This document shows positions 8,435 to 16,676 of a stretch of DNA of 32,000 bases, piece after piece; position 1 is the first letter of the stretch, and the number at the start of each line of letters is the position of its first letter. The DNA lies in assembly GCF_000341395.1 (NCBI RefSeq), contig NC_020304.1:660001-692000 (forward strand). Direction: 5' to 3'. Source of the DNA: Desulfocapsa sulfexigens DSM 10523 (GTDB taxonomy: Bacteria; Desulfobacterota; Desulfobulbia; Desulfobulbales; Desulfocapsaceae). The position numbers were made by a program, and so were the translations under genes. Below the pieces are notes generated by a model that saw only the letters and a program-made list of their open reading frames with translations, ran no database searches and was not told the origin of the DNA.

Positions 8435-8914
8435 ATGGCAAAGAAAAATGAACTGGCAAAGAAAGAAGAAAAGCGACCCGTTTCTTTTTTTGATGAGATG
8501 ACTAAGCTCTTCGAAAGGTTTCCCAGTCATCCCTTTTCAATGATGACTCACCCAACCATGTGGTCTGGCGGTCCTTTTTCCAAAATGGCTGACATCTCTC
8601 CCTCTGTTGATATTTTCGAGGAAGATGACACCATTGTGGTAAAAGCAGATATTCCTGGCATCAGCAAAGAGGATCTCAATGTTTCCATTAACGATAGCAT
8701 TCTGACCCTCTCCGGTGAGAAAAAGCAGGAGGAGAAAATTGAAAAGAAAAATTACCATCGGGTAGAGCGCTCATACGGCTCCTTCTCCCGTAGTTTTCAG
8801 CTTCCTGGTGCTGTGAACAGCGATCAGGTTAAAGCCTCTTTTAAAAAGGGAGTTCTGGAAATACGAATCCCCAAGACTGGTGATAACAAGAGAAAAAAAA
8901 TAAGCATCACATAA
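8435..8914 (+). CDS. Small heat-shock protein, Hsp20/alpha-crystallin family
   Basis: GGAGGA RBS at 8423-8428. Alpha-crystallin domain reads VDIFEEDDTIVVKADIPGISKEDLNVSINDSILTLSGEK...YHRVERSYGSFSRSFQLPGAVNSDQVKASFKKGVLEIRIPK. Confidence 0.92.
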   Translation: MAKKNELAKKEEKRPVSFFDEMTKLFERFPSHPFSMMTHPTMWSGGPFSKMADISPSVDIFEEDDTIVVKADIPGISKEDLNVSINDSILTLSGEKKQEEKIEKKNYHRVERSYGSFSRSFQLPGAVNSDQVKASFKKGVLEIRIPKTGDNKRKKISIT

Positions 8915-8957
8915 CTCAATATGATATAACCCCATTCTGCAAAGCTCTATTCTTGTT

Positions 8958-9020
8958 TCTCTGCTCCTGGTTTGATCCGGAAATAATATAATCTTTTTCG
9001 CAGTCGACCAGGAGCAGAGA
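8958..9020. repeat. 14-bp perfect inverted repeat with 35-nt spacer downstream of hsp20
   Basis: TCTCTGCTCCTGGT (8958-8971) is the exact reverse complement of ACCAGGAGCAGAGA (9007-9020). No U-tract follows on either strand, so this is not a canonical intrinsic terminator. Confidence 0.6.
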
Positions 9021-9193
9021 CCACGAATCATTCCCAGAATCATCCAAACAACAGACAATTATTCAACAGCTAATATTTTATGGTGCAGTAAGGTTGTTAA
9101 AAATGTATGAAGTTCTGCCTCAAAGGCTTTACCTTACAGAATGTACAGGAATACCAAAACAACTCTATCGGCAGGGCAAAGGATCACATCATT

Positions 9194-10228
9194 ATGAAAA
9201 TTTGTTTTATTATGTATCCATGGGAACGGGTAACCCCAGAAACAGATACCACGCTCAGACTGATTCATGAGTGCGTCAACAGAGGATATCTGGTCGCCAT
9301 CACGACACCAAATAAGCTGACCATCCGGGAAAGCATTACCAGTGCTTTCTGCAATGTGGCAGTAAAAGGTAAAACCTCACAAAATATCCCCTCGTTTTAC
9401 CGAAATGTGGAGTTTAAAAAACTTCTGCTCCCCCTGGCCGGTTTCGATGCGATCTTTATGCGTGCCAACCCACCGCTGGACACCCTGGCTCTGAACTTTC
9501 TTGACTCTGTACGTGATCACACATTTATCATAAACGATATCGACGGATTGAGAATCGCCAACAATAAAGTCTACACAGCCTCTTTTCAGGAGGAGGCCCA
9601 GGAATATATTCCCAGAACCTTTGTTTCAAAAAATCGAGATTACCTTATACGGATACTGAACGAATCGGAAGACGAACGGATGATCATGAAGCCACTGGAC
9701 GGTTACGGTGGCCGCGGTGTAATCATTCTCGAGAAATCAGCAAAACGCAATGTCTCCTCCCTCCTTGATTTCTATATCGGGGAAGGAGCGGACACCAACT
9801 ATGTGATCCTCCAGGAATATGCCCATGGAGCTGAAGACGGTGACGTGAGGATAATGATGCTCAATGGAGAACCCATAGGAGCAATGCGCCGTATACCGGC
9901 CCAGGATGACATCCGTTCAAACGTACATGCAGGAGGGAGTGTTGTCAAACACACGCTCAGCAACAGGGAAAGGCTGCTGTGCAAGGCGGTGGGGCCGAAA
10001 CTGGTTCGTGACGGTCTTTATTTTGCTGGTCTTGATGTCATTGGTGAAAAACTGATCGAGGTGAATGTACTCAGTCCCGGCGGTGTAGCCAGGATTAACA
10101 AACTCAACCGAACAAAACTTCAACAGAAGGTAATCGACTTTGTGGAGCGTGTTGTCGCAACCAAAGAGATCTCTATCAGTCGCAAACATTCATTTCGCAA
10201 GAGTATTGAAGATGCAGACCTTGTCTGA
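9194..10228 (+). CDS. Glutathione-synthetase (GshB)-family ATP-grasp ligase, possibly a paralogue with a different substrate
   Basis: Colinear similarity to E. coli GshB as I recall it: MKICFIMYP.., IMKPLDGYGG, DGDVRIMMLNGEPIGAMRRIP..IRSNVHAGG, GLYFAGLDVIGEKLIEVNVLSPGG. I prefer the ATG at 9194 (AAGGA at 9179-9183; homology starts there) over the track's 9107. No gshA is present in the window. Confidence 0.85.
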   Translation: MKICFIMYPWERVTPETDTTLRLIHECVNRGYLVAITTPNKLTIRESITSAFCNVAVKGKTSQNIPSFYRNVEFKKLLLPLAGFDAIFMRANPPLDTLALNFLDSVRDHTFIINDIDGLRIANNKVYTASFQEEAQEYIPRTFVSKNRDYLIRILNESEDERMIMKPLDGYGGRGVIILEKSAKRNVSSLLDFYIGEGADTNYVILQEYAHGAEDGDVRIMMLNGEPIGAMRRIPAQDDIRSNVHAGGSVVKHTLSNRERLLCKAVGPKLVRDGLYFAGLDVIGEKLIEVNVLSPGGVARINKLNRTKLQQKVIDFVERVVATKEISISRKHSFRKSIEDADLV

Positions 10229-12203
10229 AAAAGAGATCATTCGCAACATACGGCGTCAGGAACCCTTCGCAGCAGTTATTACCAGCGGAGCCTTCAGTAT
10301 CAGGGTTGATCGTTATACCCCTGCAGTCTGTACCGCCATTCATGCAGGACATGCAGTGCAGGAGGAGCTTCACGACAAACTGCTCCTGAGTGAAACCGAA
10401 AGACGCTATGAGGAAGATCCTTTTACCGGTGACATGCTGGCTTCTCTACCCATCGTCATGGAGGCGCTTGACTCACGTTACCAGTATGATCTGAACAGAT
10501 TGCCAGAGGAAGCCATCTATGATGAAGCCTGGGGTAAAAAGGTCTGGAAAGAGCCCCTCACAGAAAAGGAGAAACAGGCAAGCATTGCCAGGCATGACAG
10601 TTACTACAGGGTGCTTCATAGCCTTTTGACTGTTCTGGAAAAACTGTTTGCCCGCTGCATCATCTATGACCTGCACTCCTACAACCACAAACGCCTGACA
10701 GCTGCTACCCCGCTCTTCAACATAGGCACCCATTTCATAAATATGGATGAGTACCAACCGGTTGTGAATCATTTAAAGGGATTGCTCCTGAAAACAGAAT
10801 TTCCAAATATCGAAAACCGGCTGGCCCTCGATGATGTTTTTTTGGGAAAGGGCTATCAGGCGGCCTTTATCCATGAGCAGCACAACAAGAGCCTCTGTAT
10901 TCCCCTTGAAATCAAAAAAGTCTATATGGATGAGACCACGGGAGAGTCATACCCGCTTATCCTTGAAGCAGTTACTGAAACCCTGAAGCAGGCATTCAGC
11001 TACAATGCAGCCTATTTCAGCAGAAAATTTACCGGAAAAAAAATCCAGCGTGCCCTCTTCTTTGCCGAGGAAAGCAGCCGTGTAGTAAAAAAAGTTGATA
11101 CGGCTCTCTATCGGGTGGCCAAGGGGATTGATACACTGCGTTACATTAATCCTGTAAATCTTAGCCAGGAACGGAAACGTTTTTTTGCTAAACAGTGTAG
11201 TTACACTCCACAATTTCGCTATCGACAACTGAAAATTGACCCCTTTGCTTTTCGCAAGAAGCTTTACGCCATTGGTGTGGATACTATTCAGGATGTCAGC
11301 ATCCGCCAGCTCTATAGGAGCACTATCGACATGCTGGCCCAGAAAGTTGATCTTCTGACCACCATTGGAACAGACAGTTTCCTCTATAACTCTCTGCGGT
11401 TTCACGGAGAACCATCCGAGGCAGATATAGAACTGGCCCGTTTTCTTATTGCCGCCCCCCCTATCGAAAAAGAAAAAAATCCTAAACTGCTGAGCGCCAG
11501 AGAATGTGCAAATGTATTTAAGCGAGCTGAAAACGATTACGGCTTTAGCTTTCAGGTGGAACTGAGTAGTCGCATCGTGGCCAGAGCGATGGTTTCCAGT
11601 GGCCGCCGTAAAGTTATGATCAATCGCAACGCCCAGTTCACAGAAGTTGAGATTCAGGCGCTTATTCACCATGAATTAGGGGTACATATGGTGACCACCA
11701 GCAACGCCAGGCAACAGTATTTGAAAATCTTCAGGATGGGCCTGCCAGGGAACACCGAGACACAGGAGGGTCTGGCACTCCTCAGCGAATATCTGTCAGG
11801 CAACCTGACTCTTGCCCGTTTACAATCACTGGCCCACCGGGTAATGGCGGTGCACATGATGGTCAAAAACTATGATTTCCCAAGAACTTTTAAGGCCCTC
11901 AGCGATGACTACGGTCTCTCCCGGGAGGATGCCTTTAATCTGACGGTACGGGTATATCGTGGAGGGGGATTTACCAAGGATTATCTCTACCTCACAGGTC
12001 TGCGTAAGGCTCTGCAGCTCTATCGCTCCGGAACGGACCTACAACCCATGTTTGTGGGGAAGACTTCCATTGCCTTCCTCGACACCTTAAAAGAAATGCT
12101 TGGCCGGGATGTGGTATCCAACCCCCTGCATCTCCCCAGGGCCTGGCAGATGAAAGTACAGAGCAGTCCGATTCTGGACTATCTGCTAAGTTCTTTTGGA
12201 TAA
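10212..12203 (+). CDS. Fusion protein: N-terminal N-formylglutamate-amidohydrolase-like domain + C-terminal DUF1704 / QEGLA-motif (MATCAP-like) zinc metallopeptidase domain
   Basis: The C-terminal half carries HELGVH (HExxxH, 11670-11687) and TQEGLALLSEY (QEGLA, 11763-11777) about 30 residues later, the signature of the DUF1704/'QEGLA motif protein' family. The N-terminal half has an FGase-like IIYDLHSY motif. The ATG at 10212 overlaps the upstream stop by 17 nt; the track's TTG at 10140 is less likely. Confidence 0.8.
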   Translation: MQTLSEKEIIRNIRRQEPFAAVITSGAFSIRVDRYTPAVCTAIHAGHAVQEELHDKLLLSETERRYEEDPFTGDMLASLPIVMEALDSRYQYDLNRLPEEAIYDEAWGKKVWKEPLTEKEKQASIARHDSYYRVLHSLLTVLEKLFARCIIYDLHSYNHKRLTAATPLFNIGTHFINMDEYQPVVNHLKGLLLKTEFPNIENRLALDDVFLGKGYQAAFIHEQHNKSLCIPLEIKKVYMDETTGESYPLILEAVTETLKQAFSYNAAYFSRKFTGKKIQRALFFAEESSRVVKKVDTALYRVAKGIDTLRYINPVNLSQERKRFFAKQCSYTPQFRYRQLKIDPFAFRKKLYAIGVDTIQDVSIRQLYRSTIDMLAQKVDLLTTIGTDSFLYNSLRFHGEPSEADIELARFLIAAPPIEKEKNPKLLSARECANVFKRAENDYGFSFQVELSSRIVARAMVSSGRRKVMINRNAQFTEVEIQALIHHELGVHMVTTSNARQQYLKIFRMGLPGNTETQEGLALLSEYLSGNLTLARLQSLAHRVMAVHMMVKNYDFPRTFKALSDDYGLSREDAFNLTVRVYRGGGFTKDYLYLTGLRKALQLYRSGTDLQPMFVGKTSIAFLDTLKEMLGRDVVSNPLHLPRAWQMKVQSSPILDYLLSSFG

Positions 12204-12216
12204 GGAGATGATGTAT

Positions 12217-13074
12217 ATGAAATTTGCGGATATGCCCGATCAATATAGAGACTATGCTTCCTCAAAGGTGGTGATTCTGCCCATACCCTACGATGGTACT
12301 TCAACCTGGATGAAGGGTGCTGATCGCGGGCCGCAGGCCATATTGGATGCCTCCTTTCATCTGGAACTATACGATATAGAAACTGGAACGGAGGTATACC
12401 GTCATGGTATCTGTACTCTGGATCCAGTTTCCTGTCCAAAGGATCCAGGAGAAATGGTTGCAGAACTTCGGCAGCATGCCCTGCCCCTCTTCCGCGACAA
12501 CAAACTTGTGGTGGGGCTTGGCGGAGAGCATTCCATCACTGTCGGCCTGCTCCAGGCGGCACAGGCCCGCTATCCGAATTTGAGTGTCCTCCAGCTTGAT
12601 GCCCATACGGATCTGCGTGACAGTTATATGGGAAGCCCCTATAACCATGCCTGCGTTATGGCTAGAGCCAATGAAATCTGCCCGGTTGTACAGGTGGGAA
12701 TCCGCAGCATGGATATTGAGGAGATGGACAGTATCGAGCCAGACCGCCTGGTGCTTGCCCATGACCTGCATCGACACGGCATCAATGCTGCAACCAATGC
12801 TCTGGATCAGCTCACTGACACAGTTTATCTCACCATTGACCTTGATGTCCTTGATCCTTCCTGTATGCCATCCACCGGAACTCCGGAGCCAGGAGGAATT
12901 GACTGGTACATGCTGAACCAGATTATCCAGTACGTGGCCAGTGAAAAGAAAATAGTAGGCATGGATGTCGTAGAACTATTACCTCGCAAACATAATCAGG
13001 CCCCAGATTTCCTTGCTGCCAAACTTATTTACCGCTCTCTGAGTATGATCCTCACTGATTCTCTGAACCCATAG
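12217..13074 (+). CDS. speB: Agmatinase (ureohydrolase/arginase family)
   Basis: Mn-ligand motifs GGEHSIT, LDAHTDLRD and LTIDLDVLDPSCMPSTGTPEPGG. AAGGAG RBS at 12202-12207. The ATG at 12217 has the best spacing; in-frame alternatives are 12208, 12211 and TTG 12196. Confidence 0.88.
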   Translation: MKFADMPDQYRDYASSKVVILPIPYDGTSTWMKGADRGPQAILDASFHLELYDIETGTEVYRHGICTLDPVSCPKDPGEMVAELRQHALPLFRDNKLVVGLGGEHSITVGLLQAAQARYPNLSVLQLDAHTDLRDSYMGSPYNHACVMARANEICPVVQVGIRSMDIEEMDSIEPDRLVLAHDLHRHGINAATNALDQLTDTVYLTIDLDVLDPSCMPSTGTPEPGGIDWYMLNQIIQYVASEKKIVGMDVVELLPRKHNQAPDFLAAKLIYRSLSMILTDSLNP

Positions 13075-13136
13075 GCCAAAAACTGGCAGAACCTCGAAAA
13101 ACAAGAACATCCAGTTCCGTTTTTTTTAGTATTACA

Positions 13137-13159
13137 GAACTGAGAGTTCCTTTTTTTTT
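13137..13159 (+). terminator. Weak candidate intrinsic terminator after speB
   Basis: A 5-bp stem GAACT-gag-AGTTC (13137-13149) is followed by T9 (13151-13159). A second T8 run at 13120-13127 follows an even weaker 4-bp hairpin. The stems are short, so support is poor. Confidence 0.3.
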
Positions 13160-13255
13160 GAGTTGCCCCGTGTTATCCTGCCATAAAACAACCCTGCCAA
13201 AGTAATTTTCTGCAAAAACTCCCAAAAGCAGGTAAACATGATTAAGGATAAACAA

Positions 13256-13271
13256 TGGCATGCTGTTTGCT
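13256..13271 (+). promoter_or_regulatory. Sigma54 (RpoN) -24/-12 promoter element upstream of the LysW-like ORF/speA
   Basis: The sequence is TGGCAT-gctgt-TTGCT, with GG and GC at the canonical 12-nt register. It ends 62 nt upstream of the ATG at 13334 and lies in the 259-nt gap after speB. Confidence 0.5.
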
Positions 13272-13333
13272 ATGCGCAGAACGTACGGGAAAGGGGGGAA
13301 ATCAACCGGTACTTTCAATTTTAAGGTAACAGG

Positions 13334-13516
13334 ATGGGTAAAAAAAGATGTATGAGCTGTGGCGGTGATATTCGAATTTATTACGATCATGAGATTGGCG
13401 ATGAAGTATTCTGCGAAGAATGTGAACGGGAATACAGAATCTGTTCTTTACGCCCGGTTCATCTGGAACCTCTGGAAACAGGCAACGACTATCATTTTGA
13501 AGAAGATGATTATTAA
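13334..13516 (+). CDS. Small LysW-like zinc-ribbon protein (candidate amino-group carrier / acidic-tail substrate protein)
   Basis: The 60-aa product is MGKKRCMSCGGDIRIYYDHEIGDEVFCEECEREYRICSLRPVHLEPLETGNDYHFEEDDY. It has C6-x2-C9 and C27-x2-C30 (four-Cys ribbon), then an ...LRPVHLEP linker and an acidic tail. This is the same layout as Thermus LysW as I recall it (...VVCEDCGAELEV..LDPLRLEP...EDWGE). It sits 42 nt upstream of speA. There is no homology search to back this. Confidence 0.6.
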   Translation: MGKKRCMSCGGDIRIYYDHEIGDEVFCEECEREYRICSLRPVHLEPLETGNDYHFEEDDY

Positions 13517-13558
13517 CAGATATCAGCTCCCTGGAACAGAAGGGACTCGGAACATTTA

Positions 13559-15478
13559 ATGCGTAACACACAACACCAACCGTCTCAACAGAGAAGCTGT
13601 ACTCCCTATAATGTCGAATCCTGGGGCAACGGCTATTTTACTGCCAACGAGAAAGGGCACCTCTGCGTCCTTCCTGAAAAAAAGGAAATCGGTCCCAGAA
13701 TCGACTTTATGGAGGTCATCAAAGAGATACAGGAACAGGGAATTCCTTTTCCCACCGTTATACGCTTCCATGACATCCTTCGGGCTCAGGTTCAGCTCCT
13801 CAATATCACCTTTGCTAATACAATTACAGAGCATGGTTACCAGGGAAGATTTTATGGAGTGTATCCCATAAAGGTCAATCAGATGCGGGAGGTTGTTGAG
13901 GAAATCATTGATGCGGGCGGTCCCTTTGACCACGGTCTGGAGGCTGGATCAAAATCAGAGCTCCTGGCCTGTCTCGCCTATAATGACAACAGTAATTCTC
14001 TCACCATCTTAAACGGCTACAAGGACGAGGATTATATCCGACTCGCCCTGCTCGGCCGCAAGCTTGGACGAAAGATCATCATTGTTGTTGAAAGTTTTTC
14101 TGAGTTTGAGATGATTATTCGCCTTTCCAAGGAGATGCAGGCTGACCCGCTCATTGGGATCCGAACCAAGCTTTCAGTCAAAGGACGGGGACGCTGGGCC
14201 GGATCCAGCGGTGACCGTGCCAAATTCGGTCTCACCTGCAGCGAAATCGTTGAAGGAGTAGAGCTTCTGCAGCGAAACGGCATGACCAACTGTCTCAAAC
14301 TCCTCCACTTTCATGTGGGCAGCCAGATCCCCGATATTCGCATCGTAAAAGAGGCAGTCACCGAGGCAGGACGCATCTATGCCAACCTTGCCCAGAGTGG
14401 GATCATAATCGACTATTTTGATGTGGGTGGCGGACTCGGTATTGATTATGATGGCAGCAAATCAACGGGCGACTCTTCACGAAACTATACCCTGGCAGAA
14501 TACTCTGCAGATATTGTCAGCGGCCTGCAGCAGATCTGTGACGAGATGAATGTTCCCCACCCCCATATTGTCAGTGAAAGTGGCCGGTATATCACAGCCC
14601 ATCACTCCTGTGTTGTCACCAATGTGATTAACACCATCCATCAGGCCAGCAATCCGTGCAAAACAACCGTTAAAGAAGATGAACATGTCCTTCTTGGTAA
14701 TATGCGGGAATCAGCAGAGCACCTCAAGCTTGAGAACTGTCAGGAAATTTTCAATGACATTCAACAGATTAAAGAGGATACCATTGCCGCCTTCCGCCTC
14801 GGAGTCATCTGCCTGGTGGAACGGGCCAAAATAGAAACTCTCTACTGGCTGATTATTAACCGCATTGACACTATGCTTGCTGATCTCGATTTCATCCCCG
14901 AGGAAATGCAGCAGATAAAAGAACTCAAGGCCAGTCAGTACCTCTGCAACTTCTCCGTGTTCCAGTCTGCGGCTGACACCTGGGCCATCAGCCAGATCCT
15001 GCCCATTATGCCGCTGCTTCGCCTCGATGAAGAACCCAGTGAACGCTGCTCCCTTGCCGACATCACCTGTGATTCAGATGGAAAAATTACCCGCTTTATT
15101 GCCAAAGACGGGTATGATCAGAGTCTGCTCCTTCATACCCTGCAGCCAGACGAGGATTACTTTATCGGTCTTTTTCTCACCGGGGCCTATCAGGATGTTA
15201 TGGGTGATATGCATAACCTCTTTGGCCGCCTTAACGAGGTACATATCTACTGCGACGACGACGATCCCAACGACTTTTACATTGAAGAGGTGATCAGAGG
15301 AACATCGTCCCAGCAGGTTCTTGCCACCATGCAGTACAGCCCTGAAATCATGGCCAGATCTATCAAGACACAGATAGATCTGCAGATTAAACAGGGAACA
15401 GTGCTTCCACGGGAAGGTGTTGGCCTGATTGATTTTTACGAAAGCTGTCTCCAGGGTTACACATACCTGAATATTTAA
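13559..15478 (+). CDS. speA: Biosynthetic arginine decarboxylase (PLP, fold III)
   Basis: YNVESWGNGYFTANEKGHLCV, GVYPIKVNQ (PLP-Lys) and GLEAGSKSELLA match the E. coli SpeA landmarks YNIAWWGNNYY..., VYPIKVNQ and GLEAGSKAEL. Length is 639 aa. Confidence 0.93.
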   Translation: MRNTQHQPSQQRSCTPYNVESWGNGYFTANEKGHLCVLPEKKEIGPRIDFMEVIKEIQEQGIPFPTVIRFHDILRAQVQLLNITFANTITEHGYQGRFYGVYPIKVNQMREVVEEIIDAGGPFDHGLEAGSKSELLACLAYNDNSNSLTILNGYKDEDYIRLALLGRKLGRKIIIVVESFSEFEMIIRLSKEMQADPLIGIRTKLSVKGRGRWAGSSGDRAKFGLTCSEIVEGVELLQRNGMTNCLKLLHFHVGSQIPDIRIVKEAVTEAGRIYANLAQSGIIIDYFDVGGGLGIDYDGSKSTGDSSRNYTLAEYSADIVSGLQQICDEMNVPHPHIVSESGRYITAHHSCVVTNVINTIHQASNPCKTTVKEDEHVLLGNMRESAEHLKLENCQEIFNDIQQIKEDTIAAFRLGVICLVERAKIETLYWLIINRIDTMLADLDFIPEEMQQIKELKASQYLCNFSVFQSAADTWAISQILPIMPLLRLDEEPSERCSLADITCDSDGKITRFIAKDGYDQSLLLHTLQPDEDYFIGLFLTGAYQDVMGDMHNLFGRLNEVHIYCDDDDPNDFYIEEVIRGTSSQQVLATMQYSPEIMARSIKTQIDLQIKQGTVLPREGVGLIDFYESCLQGYTYLNI

Positions 15479-15497
15479 TAATTAAAGGATATTACTT

Positions 15498-16676
15498 ATG
15501 TCACGAGTACTTATTATCGGGGCCGGCGGAGTCGGTTCGGTTGTTGTCCACAAATGCTGCCAGGTGCCTGAGATATTCTCTGAAATCATGCTGGCTTCCC
15601 GTACCAGAGAAAAGTGCGACGCCATCGCGGCCCAGCTGCCCATAGCCATCCAGACCGCCAGGGTAGATGCGGATCAGGTAGAAGAGCTGGTAGCCCTGAT
15701 GCAGAGCTTCAAACCGGATTTATGTATAAATGTTGCTCTCCCCTACCAGGATCTTACCATCATGGATGCCTGCCTGGAGTGTGGTGTCAATTACCTTGAT
15801 ACGGCCAACTACGAACCACGCGATGAAGCAAAATTCGAATATCACTGGCAGTGGGCCTACCAGGAGCGTTTCAAGGAGGCTGGACTCATGGCTCTGCTTG
15901 GTTCCGGATTTGATCCCGGTGTCACCAATGTATTTACCGCCTGGGCCCTGAAAACCCAGTTTGATGAAATCCGGGAACTTGACATCATTGACTGTAATGC
16001 CGGAGATCATGGCCAGCCCTTCGCTACCAATTTTAATCCCGAGATCAATATCCGTGAGGTCACAGCCCCGGCCCGGCACTGGGAAGATGAGCAATGGGTG
16101 GAAACTCCTGCCCTGTCAACGAGCAAAGATTTTGACTTTCCCGAAGGGATCGGTCCGCGGAAGATCTACCTAATGTACCACGAAGAACTGGAGTCCCTGA
16201 CCAGACATATTCCCGGTCTGGAAAAAGCACGTTTCTGGATGACCTTTTCCGACAACTACCTCCGTCATCTTGAAGTGCTTCAGAACATTGGAATGACCAG
16301 TATAGAACCCGTGGAATACAATGGACAGCAGATCATCCCTCTGCAATTTCTGAAAGCACTCCTGCCCGATCCCGGCTCTCTTGGCCCCCTCACCCATGGA
16401 CGCACCTGCATAGGCTGTCTGATCAAAGGAATAAAGGATGGACGGGAAAAGGAGTACTATGTCTACAACATCTGCGACCATCAGCAGTGCTATGAAGAGG
16501 TTGGAGCACAGGCTGTTTCCTATACCACCGGCGTCCCGGCCATGATTGGGGCCATGCTTATGCTCAGCGGAGTCTGGAGCGGACACGGGGTTTTTAACAT
16601 GGAACAACTCGACCCTGCACCTTTTATGGAGAAGTTGAACCTGCATGGTCTGCCATGGAAAGAAGTTATCTCCTGA
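15498..16676 (+). CDS. Carboxy(nor)spermidine dehydrogenase (saccharopine-dehydrogenase family)
   Basis: N-terminal Rossmann motif VLIIGAGGVGSVVVHK...IMLASRT. At ~390 aa it matches CANSDH/CASDH, and it sits immediately upstream of nspC, overlapping it. Confidence 0.85.
   Translation: MSRVLIIGAGGVGSVVVHKCCQVPEIFSEIMLASRTREKCDAIAAQLPIAIQTARVDADQVEELVALMQSFKPDLCINVALPYQDLTIMDACLECGVNYLDTANYEPRDEAKFEYHWQWAYQERFKEAGLMALLGSGFDPGVTNVFTAWALKTQFDEIRELDIIDCNAGDHGQPFATNFNPEINIREVTAPARHWEDEQWVETPALSTSKDFDFPEGIGPRKIYLMYHEELESLTRHIPGLEKARFWMTFSDNYLRHLEVLQNIGMTSIEPVEYNGQQIIPLQFLKALLPDPGSLGPLTHGRTCIGCLIKGIKDGREKEYYVYNICDHQQCYEEVGAQAVSYTTGVPAMIGAMLMLSGVWSGHGVFNMEQLDPAPFMEKLNLHGLPWKEVIS

Noticed and set aside
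9107-9193. N-terminal extension of the GshB-like gene (track start 9107), and likewise the TTG 10140 start of the DUF1704 gene.
   Set aside because: Homology to GshB starts at the Met encoded at 9194, which has an AAGGA RBS. For the DUF1704 gene, the ATG at 10212 gives a typical short overlap with the upstream stop. The extensions add non-homologous residues.
10947-11672. Long antisense ORFs inside well-supported genes: 10947-11672(-), 16520-17248(-), 16170-16730(-), 22948-23673(+), 23130-23618(+), 2892-3479(-), 7489-8031(-), 556-996(-), 24536-25003(-).
   Set aside because: Each lies wholly within, and opposite to, a gene with strong family motifs. Their translations are low-complexity or unrecognisable and lack RBS support, so they are typical shadow ORFs.
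13052-13571. Minus-strand ORFs 13052-13390 (112 aa) and 13302-13571 (89 aa), and the + ORF 13359-13559, in the speB-speA spacer.
   Set aside because: The translations look random and are rich in homopolymer-derived K/F runs. They overlap the better-supported zinc-ribbon ORF and the sigma54 element, and I recognise no motifs in them.
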